Source: Bryobacterales bacterium (lineage in GTDB: Bacteria > Acidobacteriota > Terriglobia > Bryobacterales > UBA6623). Taken from it: DNA of 64,000 bases. A program made the position numbers and the translations under genes. The stretch's first letter is position 1; each line of letters starts with the position of its first letter. The stretch spans positions 203,555 through 267,554 of the forward strand of contig CBDEGU010000011.1 of assembly GCA_965238045.1 (NCBI GenBank), written 5' to 3'. The notes beneath the pieces are model-generated. The model was not told the origin of the DNA. It did not search any database and was given only the letters and a program-made list of their open reading frames with translations. Positions 18,833 through 28,174 of this stretch are shown piece after piece.

Positions 18833-20222
18833 TCATTTGATCCCGCAGCCCACTAGGGAATAGTCCGGATCGAGCCAGAGATCGGGACTCTTGTCGGCCA
18901 CCACGCGAAAATTCCGATAGATGGCCTCTTTGCCGTCGGGCAGCATGGCGAGCAGTTGATAGTCGTCTGGCTCCAGGTCGCTGCTATCTAGAGTCAGCAT
19001 GTAGCGCACGTCCGAGCGCTCGGGGCGCCATCGGTACGTGTACTCGACGACTTTTGGCACATCCATCTGCTGTTGCCCTCGCATGAGCATCAGCTTTGTA
19101 GGGGGCAGGGCGCTCTCTTCCGCTGCTTGGACATCGTAGAGATCGTAGACGAGATAGATGGGGTCGCCCTTGCGATAGGCATGTGATGCATCGATATAGA
19201 ACCGCTTCCCGTCAGCCAGGATTCCCTCCGTGTAAACTTGCCCCTGGGCGCTTGAGGAGCTTGCGTCGCGTTGTTCGCTGGGTTGAACGCGAGCCGGGGA
19301 ATAACAACCCGTTAACAGAAGAGAACTAGATTGCGCTTCTCCGGCGAGGTCCGGCAGCACGATCTCCGTCTTATAGGTGCCAATCTTGCCGGTGCGCTCG
19401 TCCCGAAGAACCACCTTCCACTCGTATTTGCCGGGTGAGAGCTTCATCTCGAGCGGTACGTGCAGCACGGCGGAAGGGTCCTGCTGGAAGCCGTCCAGGT
19501 ATGTGGCGCCCCCTTGAACCCGAACATGCTTCTCCGCGAACACGGGTTCTTTCTTGCCCTCCGTGTCGAGAGCGTGGGCGAGCGCAATGAATCGCATCTC
19601 GGATGTCTTCTTCGTCACCGCCACCGGAACGGAGCCGGAGTGAATGCCAAGGCTCGCGTAGAACACCGCCTCTCCGTCGTCGCCGCGGAAGTAGTCGTAG
19701 GCCATGGTCAGCGGAATGTCGGTAAACGGAACGTCGTGCTTCAGGGAGTGGCGAAGCTCGATCTTCTTCTCCGTGCGGCTGAGGCGGTTGAAGCGGTTTG
19801 GTTCGTACTAGAGTTCGGGGTAGACGAGGGTGAGTCCGGGGCGATTGACTTGAATTCGAACCCTGCGACGGCCTTCTTCTGGGTCAGACCCCGGTGGGGA
19901 ATAACCAATCACGTAGTAACCTCGGAGCGACTGCGATGCGGCAGTGAGCACTCGGCCCAGGCTCAGGATGTTCCTACCTGCCTTGCCGCCGGTTGGATTC
20001 GCAAGCGACGACGGAGGCAGTCTGCCGTCGAGTACTGGAACAATGCTGTCGGCTGAATTGATTGCAATCTTGACACTATTGCCTTCAGGCAACAAATAGG
20101 CGTCAAACTCGGCATCGGGAATGTATGGGTGCTTCGCATTCAAACGCCCCGCTTCCACGACGAAGAAAGTCACCCGAGCCCGTACCCCTTCGTCCACAAA
20201 CCGGCGCATAACATCTTTGTTA
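18833..20222 (-). pseudogene. VWA-related (acidobacterial VWFA-type) protein gene, 5'-truncated by ISL3 and carrying an in-frame TAG
   Basis: ORFs 19808-20482 and 18833-19705 are in the same frame and are separated only by TAG at 19808-19810 (...LTLVYPEL*YEPNRFNRLSRTEKK...). The sequence GYYVIGYSPP...RVRIQVNRPGL resembles the end of VWFA-related acidobacterial proteins. The N-terminal half of the VWA domain is absent beyond the IS end at 20223. Confidence 0.6.
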
Positions 20223-21531
20223 GGGTCTTCCGGCTTTCTAGTGGCTAGGGAGCCAGGTTCAGCCCTCCGCAGTGGAAGTAGATGGCGTTGATGAAGTTCT
20301 GTTGGTTGCGGAATCCCCGGGCGGTGTACTTCACCCATTGCACCTTCGCGTTCAGCGATTCGCTCGTCGCGTTGCTGATGCGGTGGCGCAGATAGGTCAC
20401 GATGTTTCGAAACCGCCGCTTCAGCATCCGCCCCACTTTCACCATCGCTGGCAGCCGGCTGCGTGCCGCCCAGTTGCACCACCAGCGAAAGTGCTTTCTC
20501 GCCGGCCGCTCGTAGCGGTAGTCGAAAAACGCCATCATCGTTTCCTTCAACGCCCAGGCCCGCGCCGTCTTCAAACCACTGTTCCGCAGGGCCGCGAACG
20601 CCCGCCGGTCTTTCGGCTCCATCCGCGCCGGATGCCTCAGCCAGTCATAGCGTGTGCCTACCAGCGTGTCGTCTCCGGCCGCGCGCAGGATCTTGTTCTC
20701 CTGCCGGCGCACTTGGTCCACCGCCCCGCCCAGATGCTGCGCGATATGAAACTTGTCGTAGACGATCTTGTCCTCCGCGCCCGGCAGGTGCTTGCGCACC
20801 GAGGCCACATAGGGATTCCACATGTCCATCGCCACCGCCTCGATCGCGCCGGTCTGCTCCGCGGTCAGGGTGGCCCAAAACCCGTCCAGGCTGCTCTGTT
20901 TGCGGTCCACCGCCACATAGAGCACCCGGCCGCGCTTGAGATCGTTCACCAGCGTCAAGTACTTATGGCCCTTGCGGAAGGCCTTCTCATCGACGCCGAT
21001 AGGCGTGACCTCTTCGGCTTGGCGCCGCTCTAATCCGCGCTTCACCGCGCGCTCCATGATGCCGTGCATTTCGTCCCAACTCAGGTGCAACAGCCCGGCT
21101 ACTGCTTGCTGGCTGGCGGCCCTGAGCCAGGCAATCGCCAGTGCCTCGAACAGCGCGGTGAATCGGCTGGAGGGCTCGGCCCAGGGCAGTTTGACCACCA
21201 GCGCTCCGTGTTTGGGGCATGCGCTGCGCGGCGGAGCGGCATGCACGATCGTACGATATTGACACGTATCGAGGTGCCGCCACTGCCGCTCGGACTGATG
21301 ATCGTGCAGCTTGCACGCCGCGCCGCATTCCGGACACGGCCACTCCGTCTGCTCGGGGTGCGCGAGATAAACGTGGACTTCTCCGGCCTCCAGTTGCAAC
21401 TCCACCGAGTCCACCCGCCAGGGACTCTCGATACCCAGAATGCGCCGATACAGTTCGTGATCTTGCATCCCGGAATTGTCGCATGTCCGCCGGACAGGCC
21501 GCCGTCAACCCACTACAAAGCCGGAAGACCC
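20223..21531 (-). mobile_element. ISL3-family insertion sequence (1309 bp)
   Basis: The 22-bp terminal inverted repeats are GGGTCTTCCGGCTTTCTAGTGG (20223-20244) and its complement at 21510-21531, with 1 mismatch. A single transposase ORF lies inside. The flanking 8-mers differ (CTTTGTTA vs GCTTTTCC). Confidence 0.85.
20245..21468 (-). CDS. ISL3 family transposase
   Basis: 407 aa. The N-terminus ILGIESPWRVDSVELQ and zinc-finger CPECGAAC...CPKHG, followed by VGVDEKAFRKGHKYLTLVNDL, are typical of ISL3 (IS204/IS1001-type) transposases. Confidence 0.9.
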   Translation of the reverse strand: MQDHELYRRILGIESPWRVDSVELQLEAGEVHVYLAHPEQTEWPCPECGAACKLHDHQSERQWRHLDTCQYRTIVHAAPPRSACPKHGALVVKLPWAEPSSRFTALFEALAIAWLRAASQQAVAGLLHLSWDEMHGIMERAVKRGLERRQAEEVTPIGVDEKAFRKGHKYLTLVNDLKRGRVLYVAVDRKQSSLDGFWATLTAEQTGAIEAVAMDMWNPYVASVRKHLPGAEDKIVYDKFHIAQHLGGAVDQVRRQENKILRAAGDDTLVGTRYDWLRHPARMEPKDRRAFAALRNSGLKTARAWALKETMMAFFDYRYERPARKHFRWWCNWAARSRLPAMVKVGRMLKRRFRNIVTYLRHRISNATSESLNAKVQWVKYTARGFRNQQNFINAIYFHCGGLNLAP

Positions 21532-21601
21532 GCTTTTCCGCGCTTCCCTTTTCACGTTGTTCTTCGCCGCGATGCTCAAGCTCCGAGCGGTTCTCCGCCA
21601 T

Positions 21602-21904
21602 TCACGGCCTCATCGTGCGCCCAGATGATAGCAATCTGGCCCACTGTCGAGATAGCCGCGCCATCAACTCCGCATACAGCTCAATCGGGGAGACCTCCTC
21701 AACGCAGAAACCGCTCAGTTCTTCGTCAACTGGAACGATCCTGTGGACAGCCGTGGGGTGTTTTTTCCTCATCTCGGCGATCCTACGAGAAGCTTCGTCC
21801 AATGCAAGGGGCGTCTCGTCGTAGTGGCGAAAGTCAAAGCGATCGTAGCTCGTTATATTTGTGCCTTCAGCCATAAAATTGGGGTCCAGTCGGATCAACA
21901 GCAA
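21602..21904 (-). CDS. hypothetical small protein between IS elements
   Basis: The ORF is 100 aa from a TTG start, or 90 aa from ATG 21874. I recognise no motif and see no clear RBS. It lies in an AT-richer patch between the ISL3 and the IS1 remnant. Confidence 0.3.
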   Translation of the reverse strand: MLLIRLDPNFMAEGTNITSYDRFDFRHYDETPLALDEASRRIAEMRKKHPTAVHRIVPVDEELSGFCVEEVSPIELYAELMARLSRQWARLLSSGRTMRP

Positions 21905-22034
21905 GAATAAGATAACCCATATGCATCCCTTGTGTAAAGGGGACGAATACCTTGTTTACAGGAATCTCCAGCCTGTGGCCACTCTCAATCCGCAAACACT
22001 TTTCATTGTACTTGATGCGTCAAGTCTTTATATT

Positions 22035-22259
22035 TCAATAACTTGGCTCCATCAGAAGCTCTGTTAGGTCCCACACATGGTCCGTGAGTCCGCTCTCCAT
22101 TGCGGGTGTGATTTTCAACGTGTTGTGGACTCGGCAGAAGTTGTAGAACGCGGAATGAAGCCCGAGGGCTGCTTCTAAGTTCGACCACTTCTTGCTGAAA
22201 CTATAGGTCAAGCGCGTCAGCCGCTTGCACCATTGCCGGAAGAGCCCACCAACGCACAA
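22035..22259 (-). pseudogene. IS1-family transposase C-terminal fragment
   Basis: ...RLTRLTYSFSKKWSNLEAALGLHSAFYNFCRVHNTLKITPAMESGLTDHVWDLTELL matches the C-terminal pattern of IS1-type transposases (RK.L.FSKS...H...YN in E. coli InsB). No N-terminal part is present. The region is AT-rich. Confidence 0.55.
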
Positions 22260-22534
22260 TTAGCGCACTACCTAACCGGTGCAGACTAGAGTGGTGCGGG
22301 ACCGGTGAGGCCCAGCGTACCGCCGGAACAGGTTTTCGCCCAGATCCGCCCGGCGCCAGCCCCATTCCGGCTCCACTTTCCCGGCGGGAGACACCAGGGA
22401 GGACACGGGCGATGCCGGCGAAACCTTTGCCAGCCAGATCGTTTGCGGTTGTCTGCGGTATGGTGAGGTCGGCGGCTGGCAAGAGGGCAGCCATCCTGGG
22501 CCGCCCCTGTCGTTCACGTCCATTCACCGCCGCG

Positions 22535-23272
22535 ATGCCCGTCTCCAGCCAACCACCGATCCGGTTCTCTGGCGTTAGCTATCGCGTGGGCGAAACCAAT
22601 CTCGTCTCGGATCTGAGCTTTGTCGTCGGCGAAGCCGAGACCCTGGCGCTGCTCGGGCGAAGCGGCTCTGGCAAGACGACCGCTCTGCGGCTGGTCAATC
22701 GGTTGCTCACGCCCAGCGAGGGAGAGGTCGTCATCGCGGGAAAAGCGGCCTCGGAGTGGGACGCCGTTCGCCTCCGCCGCCGCATCGGATATGTGATGCA
22801 AGACGTTGGGCTGTTCCCGCATTTCACCGTCGAGCGAAACATCGCTTTGGTGCCCTCGCTCGAGGGCTGGCCACCCGATCGCATTGCGCGCAGGGTGAGC
22901 GAGTTGTTAGAGAAACTGGGGTTGCCCGCCGGGCTGGCCCGCCGTTATCCCGATCAGCTCTCCGGCGGCCAGCGGCAGCGAGTCGGTGTCGCCCGCGCAC
23001 TGGCCGCCGATCCGCCGATCCTGCTCATGGACGAACCCTTCGGCGCGCTGGATCCCATCACCCGCGGCGAGCTACAGCGGGAGTTTCTTGGCCTGCAAGA
23101 GACGCTAGGCAAGACCATCGTCTTCGTCACACACGATCTCCGCGAGGCTCTTCTGCTCGGCGACCGTATTGGCCTGATGGACCAGGGACGGCTGATATGG
23201 GCCGGAGCGCCGGAAGAGTTTCGCGCCACCAGCGACCCGAGAATCGTTGCCTACCAGGAGAGTTTGGGATGA
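22535..23272 (+). CDS. ABC transporter ATP-binding protein (osmoprotectant/OpuC-ProV-like, no CBS domains)
   Basis: I prefer ATG 22535. Walker A is GRSGSGKTT, the signature is LSGGQRQRVGVARAL, and Walker B is ILLMDEPFGALD. The stop overlaps the next start (ATGA). Confidence 0.85.
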   Translation: MPVSSQPPIRFSGVSYRVGETNLVSDLSFVVGEAETLALLGRSGSGKTTALRLVNRLLTPSEGEVVIAGKAASEWDAVRLRRRIGYVMQDVGLFPHFTVERNIALVPSLEGWPPDRIARRVSELLEKLGLPAGLARRYPDQLSGGQRQRVGVARALAADPPILLMDEPFGALDPITRGELQREFLGLQETLGKTIVFVTHDLREALLLGDRIGLMDQGRLIWAGAPEEFRATSDPRIVAYQESLG

Positions 23273-23901
23273 ACGCAGCCGCCCTGCTGGCGCAGTATCA
23301 ATCGCAGCTGGTCACCCGGACGCTCGAACATCTGTGGCTCGTGGGCGTCTCGATGCTGATCGCGGCTATGATCGCCATCCCAGCGGGCATCGCGCTGACT
23401 CGGCAGCCGAAAATGGAACGCTGGGTTCTCGGTTTCGCGAATACCGTACAGACGATTCCGAGCCTGGCTTTATTCGGCTTCCTGATCCCGCTTCCGTGGA
23501 TTGGCGGGATCGGCTCGCGCTCGGCCATCGTGGCGCTTGTTCTCTACGCCCTGCTCCCGATGATCCGCAACACCTACACAGGCATCCGCGAGGTCGATCC
23601 GCTGGTGCGAGAGGCCGCCGTGGCGATGGGCATGACCGATGGGCAGATTCTGCGCATGGTGGAACTGCCGCTGGCGGCGAGAACGATCATGGCCGGCCTG
23701 CGCGTGGCCACCGTTACGGGAGTCGGCGTGGCCACCGTGGCGACTCTGATTGGCGCCGGCGGGCTGGGCAACTTCATTTACCGGGGCCTGCAAACCGTGA
23801 ACTCGGGACTCATCCTGCTCGGCGCGGTACCGGCGGCGCTCATGGCGCTGGCGGCCGACTATGGTCTGGGCATGGTCGAGAGAAGGCTCAGCCGTGGCTA
23901 G
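23269..23901 (+). CDS. ABC transporter permease (OpuCB/ProW-like)
   Basis: ATG 23269 overlaps the upstream stop. The protein is polytopic, with the EAA-like loop REAAVAMGMTDGQILRMVELPLA. Confidence 0.8.
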   Translation: MNAAALLAQYQSQLVTRTLEHLWLVGVSMLIAAMIAIPAGIALTRQPKMERWVLGFANTVQTIPSLALFGFLIPLPWIGGIGSRSAIVALVLYALLPMIRNTYTGIREVDPLVREAAVAMGMTDGQILRMVELPLAARTIMAGLRVATVTGVGVATVATLIGAGGLGNFIYRGLQTVNSGLILLGAVPAALMALAADYGLGMVERRLSRG

Positions 23902-24013
23902 CTGTCTCAGCATGTTTTCACACCTTCCCGGCAGCAGGGGTGCTTGAACCCCGCCCTATTTACTAGTAGAATCACCAAAGCGTCTTTGCTTTCTCGGATC
24001 GTTCTTCTTTCCT

Positions 24014-25912
24014 GTGAGTATGCCGTCCTCAAACCCTAGCGACCCGAATGCATCGCGGCCGGATCGTGGCGGCCTGCTGAATTCCTGGAAGGAAATCGCC
24101 ACCTACCTAAATCGGAGCATCGTTACGGTTCGGCGCTGGGAGAAGAAAGAGGCCCTTCCGGTTCACCGCGACAAGAAAGCGAAATCCGTCACGATCCGCG
24201 CTTACCAGTCTGAGCTGGACCAGTGGTCTCGCGCACGTGAGAAAGAGGAGCAGGCTGAAGCCGGCGGCGCCCCGAGAGTCCCCCTCGAAGCCGCGCCCGC
24301 TACTGAGCTAGACGCGGCGCTCGAAGCCGAATCCGGGCTGGAAACGGCTTTGGCCGAGCCTCCAGATCCGGAGCCAGCCGCCGAGGCCGAACCCGACGCG
24401 CCAGCCGAAATGCCGTCCAGCGGGCGGCAGCCGTCCGTCGGCGCCGACGGCCCCTCGCTGAGCGATGCCCCAGCGGGGGAACGGCTGGCGTCCTGGAAGA
24501 AGATCGTCGCGTATCTTGACAAAGGGGTCGGCAAAGTCAAAGGGCTGGCCAAGCAAAAGGGCCTGCCCGTTCACAGGAACGCGAAAACCAAACGTGCCGC
24601 CATATGGGCGTACACATCGGAACTCGACGCCTGGTTGAGACAGACCGAAAGCGCTCCGCCAACCGAGGCCATCGCCGAACCCGAAATACAAGATCAGCCA
24701 TTGCCTTTGGCGGATCGCGCATCCCAACCCATTGCCGAGACGGAAACTCTCCCGGCGGCCGAAGCCTCCGCCGAACCCGAACGACAACCCGCATCGGAGC
24801 CAGAGCCGCAACCACCCGCGGAGTCCGAGATCCTGAGCGAGGTGGAAGTCGCCCCGGAAATCGTGCCTGAATTTTTCTCCGAGGCCGAAGGCCCCGCGGC
24901 AGCCGCATCACCTGATCCGCCCGGGCCTGCGAGCGTCAGCGAAGTGGAGGCACCCGCCGAACAGCGGCCCGCCGAGCCGGAGATCCCCGAGCCGGAGCCC
25001 GCCACCGAGCCCGCACACGAAATGGAACCGGCGGAGGCCGAAGAGGCAGCGGTCCAGCCGCCTGCCGAAACCGAAATTTCCGTCTCGGGCGAAGTCCCCG
25101 AGCAACCGCCCGCCGAGCCTGTCGTCGTCCCCGAGGCAGCGGCTGCTCCTGAACCGTTCGTCCCCGCGCCAGGACCTCCACCGTCTGAGGATCTGCTGAA
25201 TTCGTGGAGGGAAATCGCCGCCTATTTTGACTGTTCCGTGGGCACGGTCCGGCGCTGGGAGAAGAGCAAGGGTTTGCCGGTTCATCGTGACCGGCGGCAG
25301 AATCTGGTCTGGATCTACGCCTACCGCTGGGAACTCGAACACTGGGGCCAGGCCGGGGCGGGCGTCGCATCGGGCGAGGTCCCAGGCCCCTTGGCCCCGC
25401 CATCGGCGCCAGGACGATTTGAGACGGCTCCAGAGCAAGCCACGGCGGCTCCGCCTCTCGGGCTGCCAACCGCCGAAGTCGAATTGCCGCCAGTGGACGA
25501 CACCACGTACGCCACGGTCTCGGTCGCCAAATCCTCCGAGGCGGACTCCGCGGGGGAGATGCCGCCCCTGGTGCTAGCGCAAGCCGGGCTGACTGTATTT
25601 GGCGGCATGCTTCTGGTGATCTATCTGATCGGTACGGTCGTGAACGGGAAAGTTCTCGCTCAAGTGCTTTCCGCGGGCGTGCTGATGATCTTTCCGCTTG
25701 CGATCGCGCCCATTGTCATCGGCGCTCTGATCATCCGGCGAAGCGAAAAATCCGGCCACCGTCCCCCGGGTTTCGTCTGGGCCCAAGCGGGCATGTACGT
25801 GGGACTGACGCTCGCCGTCATCACCACCCTGATTGTCGCGTTTGCCGCCGCCGTGGAAATGATGCAACTGATTGCCGCGCTGCCCATCCCGCAAATGCCG
25901 CGCTTCCTCTAG
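24014..25912 (+). CDS. membrane-anchored protein with three excisionase/MerR-type HTH modules separated by acidic Pro/Glu/Ala-rich linkers
   Basis: There are three ~55-aa repeats: LLNSWKEIATYLNRSIVTVRRWEKKEALPVHR..., LASWKKIVAYLDKGVGKVKGLAKQKGLPVHR..., and LLNSWREIAAYFDCSVGTVRRWEKSKGLPVHR.... The C-terminal ~110 aa form 3-4 hydrophobic helices. The start is GTG 24014 or ATG 24020. Confidence 0.8.
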   Translation: MSMPSSNPSDPNASRPDRGGLLNSWKEIATYLNRSIVTVRRWEKKEALPVHRDKKAKSVTIRAYQSELDQWSRAREKEEQAEAGGAPRVPLEAAPATELDAALEAESGLETALAEPPDPEPAAEAEPDAPAEMPSSGRQPSVGADGPSLSDAPAGERLASWKKIVAYLDKGVGKVKGLAKQKGLPVHRNAKTKRAAIWAYTSELDAWLRQTESAPPTEAIAEPEIQDQPLPLADRASQPIAETETLPAAEASAEPERQPASEPEPQPPAESEILSEVEVAPEIVPEFFSEAEGPAAAASPDPPGPASVSEVEAPAEQRPAEPEIPEPEPATEPAHEMEPAEAEEAAVQPPAETEISVSGEVPEQPPAEPVVVPEAAAAPEPFVPAPGPPPSEDLLNSWREIAAYFDCSVGTVRRWEKSKGLPVHRDRRQNLVWIYAYRWELEHWGQAGAGVASGEVPGPLAPPSAPGRFETAPEQATAAPPLGLPTAEVELPPVDDTTYATVSVAKSSEADSAGEMPPLVLAQAGLTVFGGMLLVIYLIGTVVNGKVLAQVLSAGVLMIFPLAIAPIVIGALIIRRSEKSGHRPPGFVWAQAGMYVGLTLAVITTLIVAFAAAVEMMQLIAALPIPQMPRFL

Positions 25913-25987
25913 CCGGTGCCTCAGAGCAGGGATACGGATTCCCGCGTGTATTGAAACCGGAGCCGGGTCAACGTATACTTTGGAACC

Positions 25988-28078
25988 ATGGCGTCTTTCG
26001 CGTGCTGGTTTGTCGCGGTGTTGTGCGTATGGGTCGCTCCGCTAGCGGCCCAAGTGAGGCCCGTTTCAGCGGATCAGGAAAGAATGTGGTTGCGGCATCT
26101 CATTCCGCTGCCGCATGAAATATCGATTGGCGAAAAGATGGTGCTCTCGCCGGGCTCGGTTCGCATCACGGTTGAGGACGGCTCGACGGAGATCGAACAG
26201 AACGCGGCGGACGAACTGCGGCGGCTGTTGGCCTCCCCGGCTGGGGCTGGGGCATCTCTGGGGAAGGCGCGTCCTGGAAGCAGCGCCGCGGACACGGCGT
26301 TCGAGGTTCTGATCGGAGTCGCCGGCCGCGGGATGATTCGCGGGATCGTGCCGGATTCCGACATGCGAAGGCTCAGGGCGCTTCCGAACCGGGAACAAGC
26401 CTACCTCATTCGTCCCGTTGGCAAGGCAAAGCTCGTGGTTACGGCCCTGCATCCGAAAGGCGTGTATCACGGCGTCCGAACGCTGCATCAGCTTTTGGAA
26501 GCGCGACTGTCGGCCGGCCGAGTCGAGGTTCCCCTGGCGAGGGTGACCGATTGGCCGGATCTCGAAGAGAGAGGTCTGTGGAACTTTCCCAATCCAGAGG
26601 AATGGGTGCCCTGGATGGCGGCTCTCAAGCTGAACTACGGCAAGATGGCCAGAACGAAACTGCTGCCGATCGAGAGAGGCAAGAAGAATGGTGTCGTGAT
26701 CGAGACCGAACTCTATCAGGCGGCCCGGCGGCAGGCGTTTCACTATCAGCCCTACCTGATCCACTTCAATTTGCTGCACGCCTCCGGTCTCTTTCGCGCC
26801 TATCCAGAATTGGCGGGCGAGGGGGACGCGGCGCTAGCGGGACGTTACTTTGCTCATAAGAGCGGGAATCAGCACCGTGCGCCGAAAGCGGATCACCCGT
26901 TGTTTCAAAAGCTGCTCGCCGAGTGGCTCGGTGATTTCGCCGCGCAGGGTGTGGAGGAAGTCAGTTGCTGGCTCAGCGAGCGGCCCGCCGAGGATGAAGG
27001 CCGGCCCGCCAATGCGCCGGGCCAGGAGGTTAGCGAGACCCGCGCGCTGCTTGCCGCGTTGCGGGAAGTTCGGAAAACCTACCCGAGTTTCGGCATTCGG
27101 ATCTTTCTTTCCACCGTGCCGCCGGGACGCTACTACCGCGTCATGGCGGAGACGCCGAGTGACATCAAGATCGAGCGGGCTTGCGCGACCAAGCTGGAGC
27201 GCATCCCGCACTTGCCGCGCGACCTGTTTCGCAATCCGATGCTCGATCACTACAGCGCCAGCGGACGGTGGATCGCCAGCTACGATGTACCGATCACCGC
27301 CAACGCGCGCGTCGACACGCCTGAGTTCATGGTGCCGGAGAGTTCGGCTCACCGCGTGCGGGATTATCTTGGGCAGCTTATCGAGCGTAAGGTCCGGGGC
27401 GCCTACGGCATGATGGCGTGGGCTGACCATGGCAAGCAGACCTGCGGCTACAACATTCACGCGCTGGCTGAGTTCGCCTGGAATCACAAGGGGCGAAGCG
27501 AGAAGGAGTTTAGCATCGCCTGGGCGACGCGGGAGGGCTATAAGGATCCGGAGCGTGTCGGGGAGTGGGCGGAGCTGATGGGTCCGGTGGAGTTCGACGT
27601 GTATGATTCGGATTTTCCGATTGTCTACTCGTGGGGCAAGGCCGCGAAGATGATCGAGCAGCGCGAGCGGCCGTATCTCGGGGAAGGGATTTTCCGCTAC
27701 TACAGCGACCGCGAGGATTTTGACCGCAAGATTGCCGCTTGTGACCGGGCGCTGGAGATTGCACGAGGTTTTGAAAACCCCTACCTTGCCGATGAAACGC
27801 GCGTCGTGCGCTCCTATGTGCGGCTCGCGAAATCGCTGTATGAAGTCGCGGAGCTTGTCGCCATGAATGAGTTTCGTGATCTTGCGAGCCAGGCTCGCTT
27901 GCGGGGCGCCCTCGATCAGCTCGCCGCCGCCGGAGAGGAGAACGCCAGCGCAATTCGCCAGTGGCGGCGGCGGCTGGGGCCGCAACCCTGGCATCGGCGC
28001 GTTCATGACGCCATCGAGGCGGCCGAAGCGACGGTGAACGACGTCAAGGAATTCGTTTCGGGGCGCTACTTTTACTGA
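25988..28078 (+). CDS. secreted glycoside-hydrolase-like protein (GH20/GH84-type N-terminal domain)
   Basis: The signal peptide is MASFACWFVAVLCVWVAPLAAQ. The block EQAYLIRP...KGVYHGVRTLHQLL...VTDWPDLEERG resembles the GH20b-type N-domain followed by a TIM-barrel-length region. The catalytic motif is not verified. Confidence 0.5.
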   Translation: MASFACWFVAVLCVWVAPLAAQVRPVSADQERMWLRHLIPLPHEISIGEKMVLSPGSVRITVEDGSTEIEQNAADELRRLLASPAGAGASLGKARPGSSAADTAFEVLIGVAGRGMIRGIVPDSDMRRLRALPNREQAYLIRPVGKAKLVVTALHPKGVYHGVRTLHQLLEARLSAGRVEVPLARVTDWPDLEERGLWNFPNPEEWVPWMAALKLNYGKMARTKLLPIERGKKNGVVIETELYQAARRQAFHYQPYLIHFNLLHASGLFRAYPELAGEGDAALAGRYFAHKSGNQHRAPKADHPLFQKLLAEWLGDFAAQGVEEVSCWLSERPAEDEGRPANAPGQEVSETRALLAALREVRKTYPSFGIRIFLSTVPPGRYYRVMAETPSDIKIERACATKLERIPHLPRDLFRNPMLDHYSASGRWIASYDVPITANARVDTPEFMVPESSAHRVRDYLGQLIERKVRGAYGMMAWADHGKQTCGYNIHALAEFAWNHKGRSEKEFSIAWATREGYKDPERVGEWAELMGPVEFDVYDSDFPIVYSWGKAAKMIEQRERPYLGEGIFRYYSDREDFDRKIAACDRALEIARGFENPYLADETRVVRSYVRLAKSLYEVAELVAMNEFRDLASQARLRGALDQLAAAGEENASAIRQWRRRLGPQPWHRRVHDAIEAAEATVNDVKEFVSGRYFY

Positions 28079-28174
28079 GGCCGGCGCGGCGGCCCTCATT
28101 TTGACGGTGAGGCTCTTTGGGGCAGGGAAGTGGCCTAGCCCCGGGTGGCCCTGGGCTACGATAATGATTGATCC

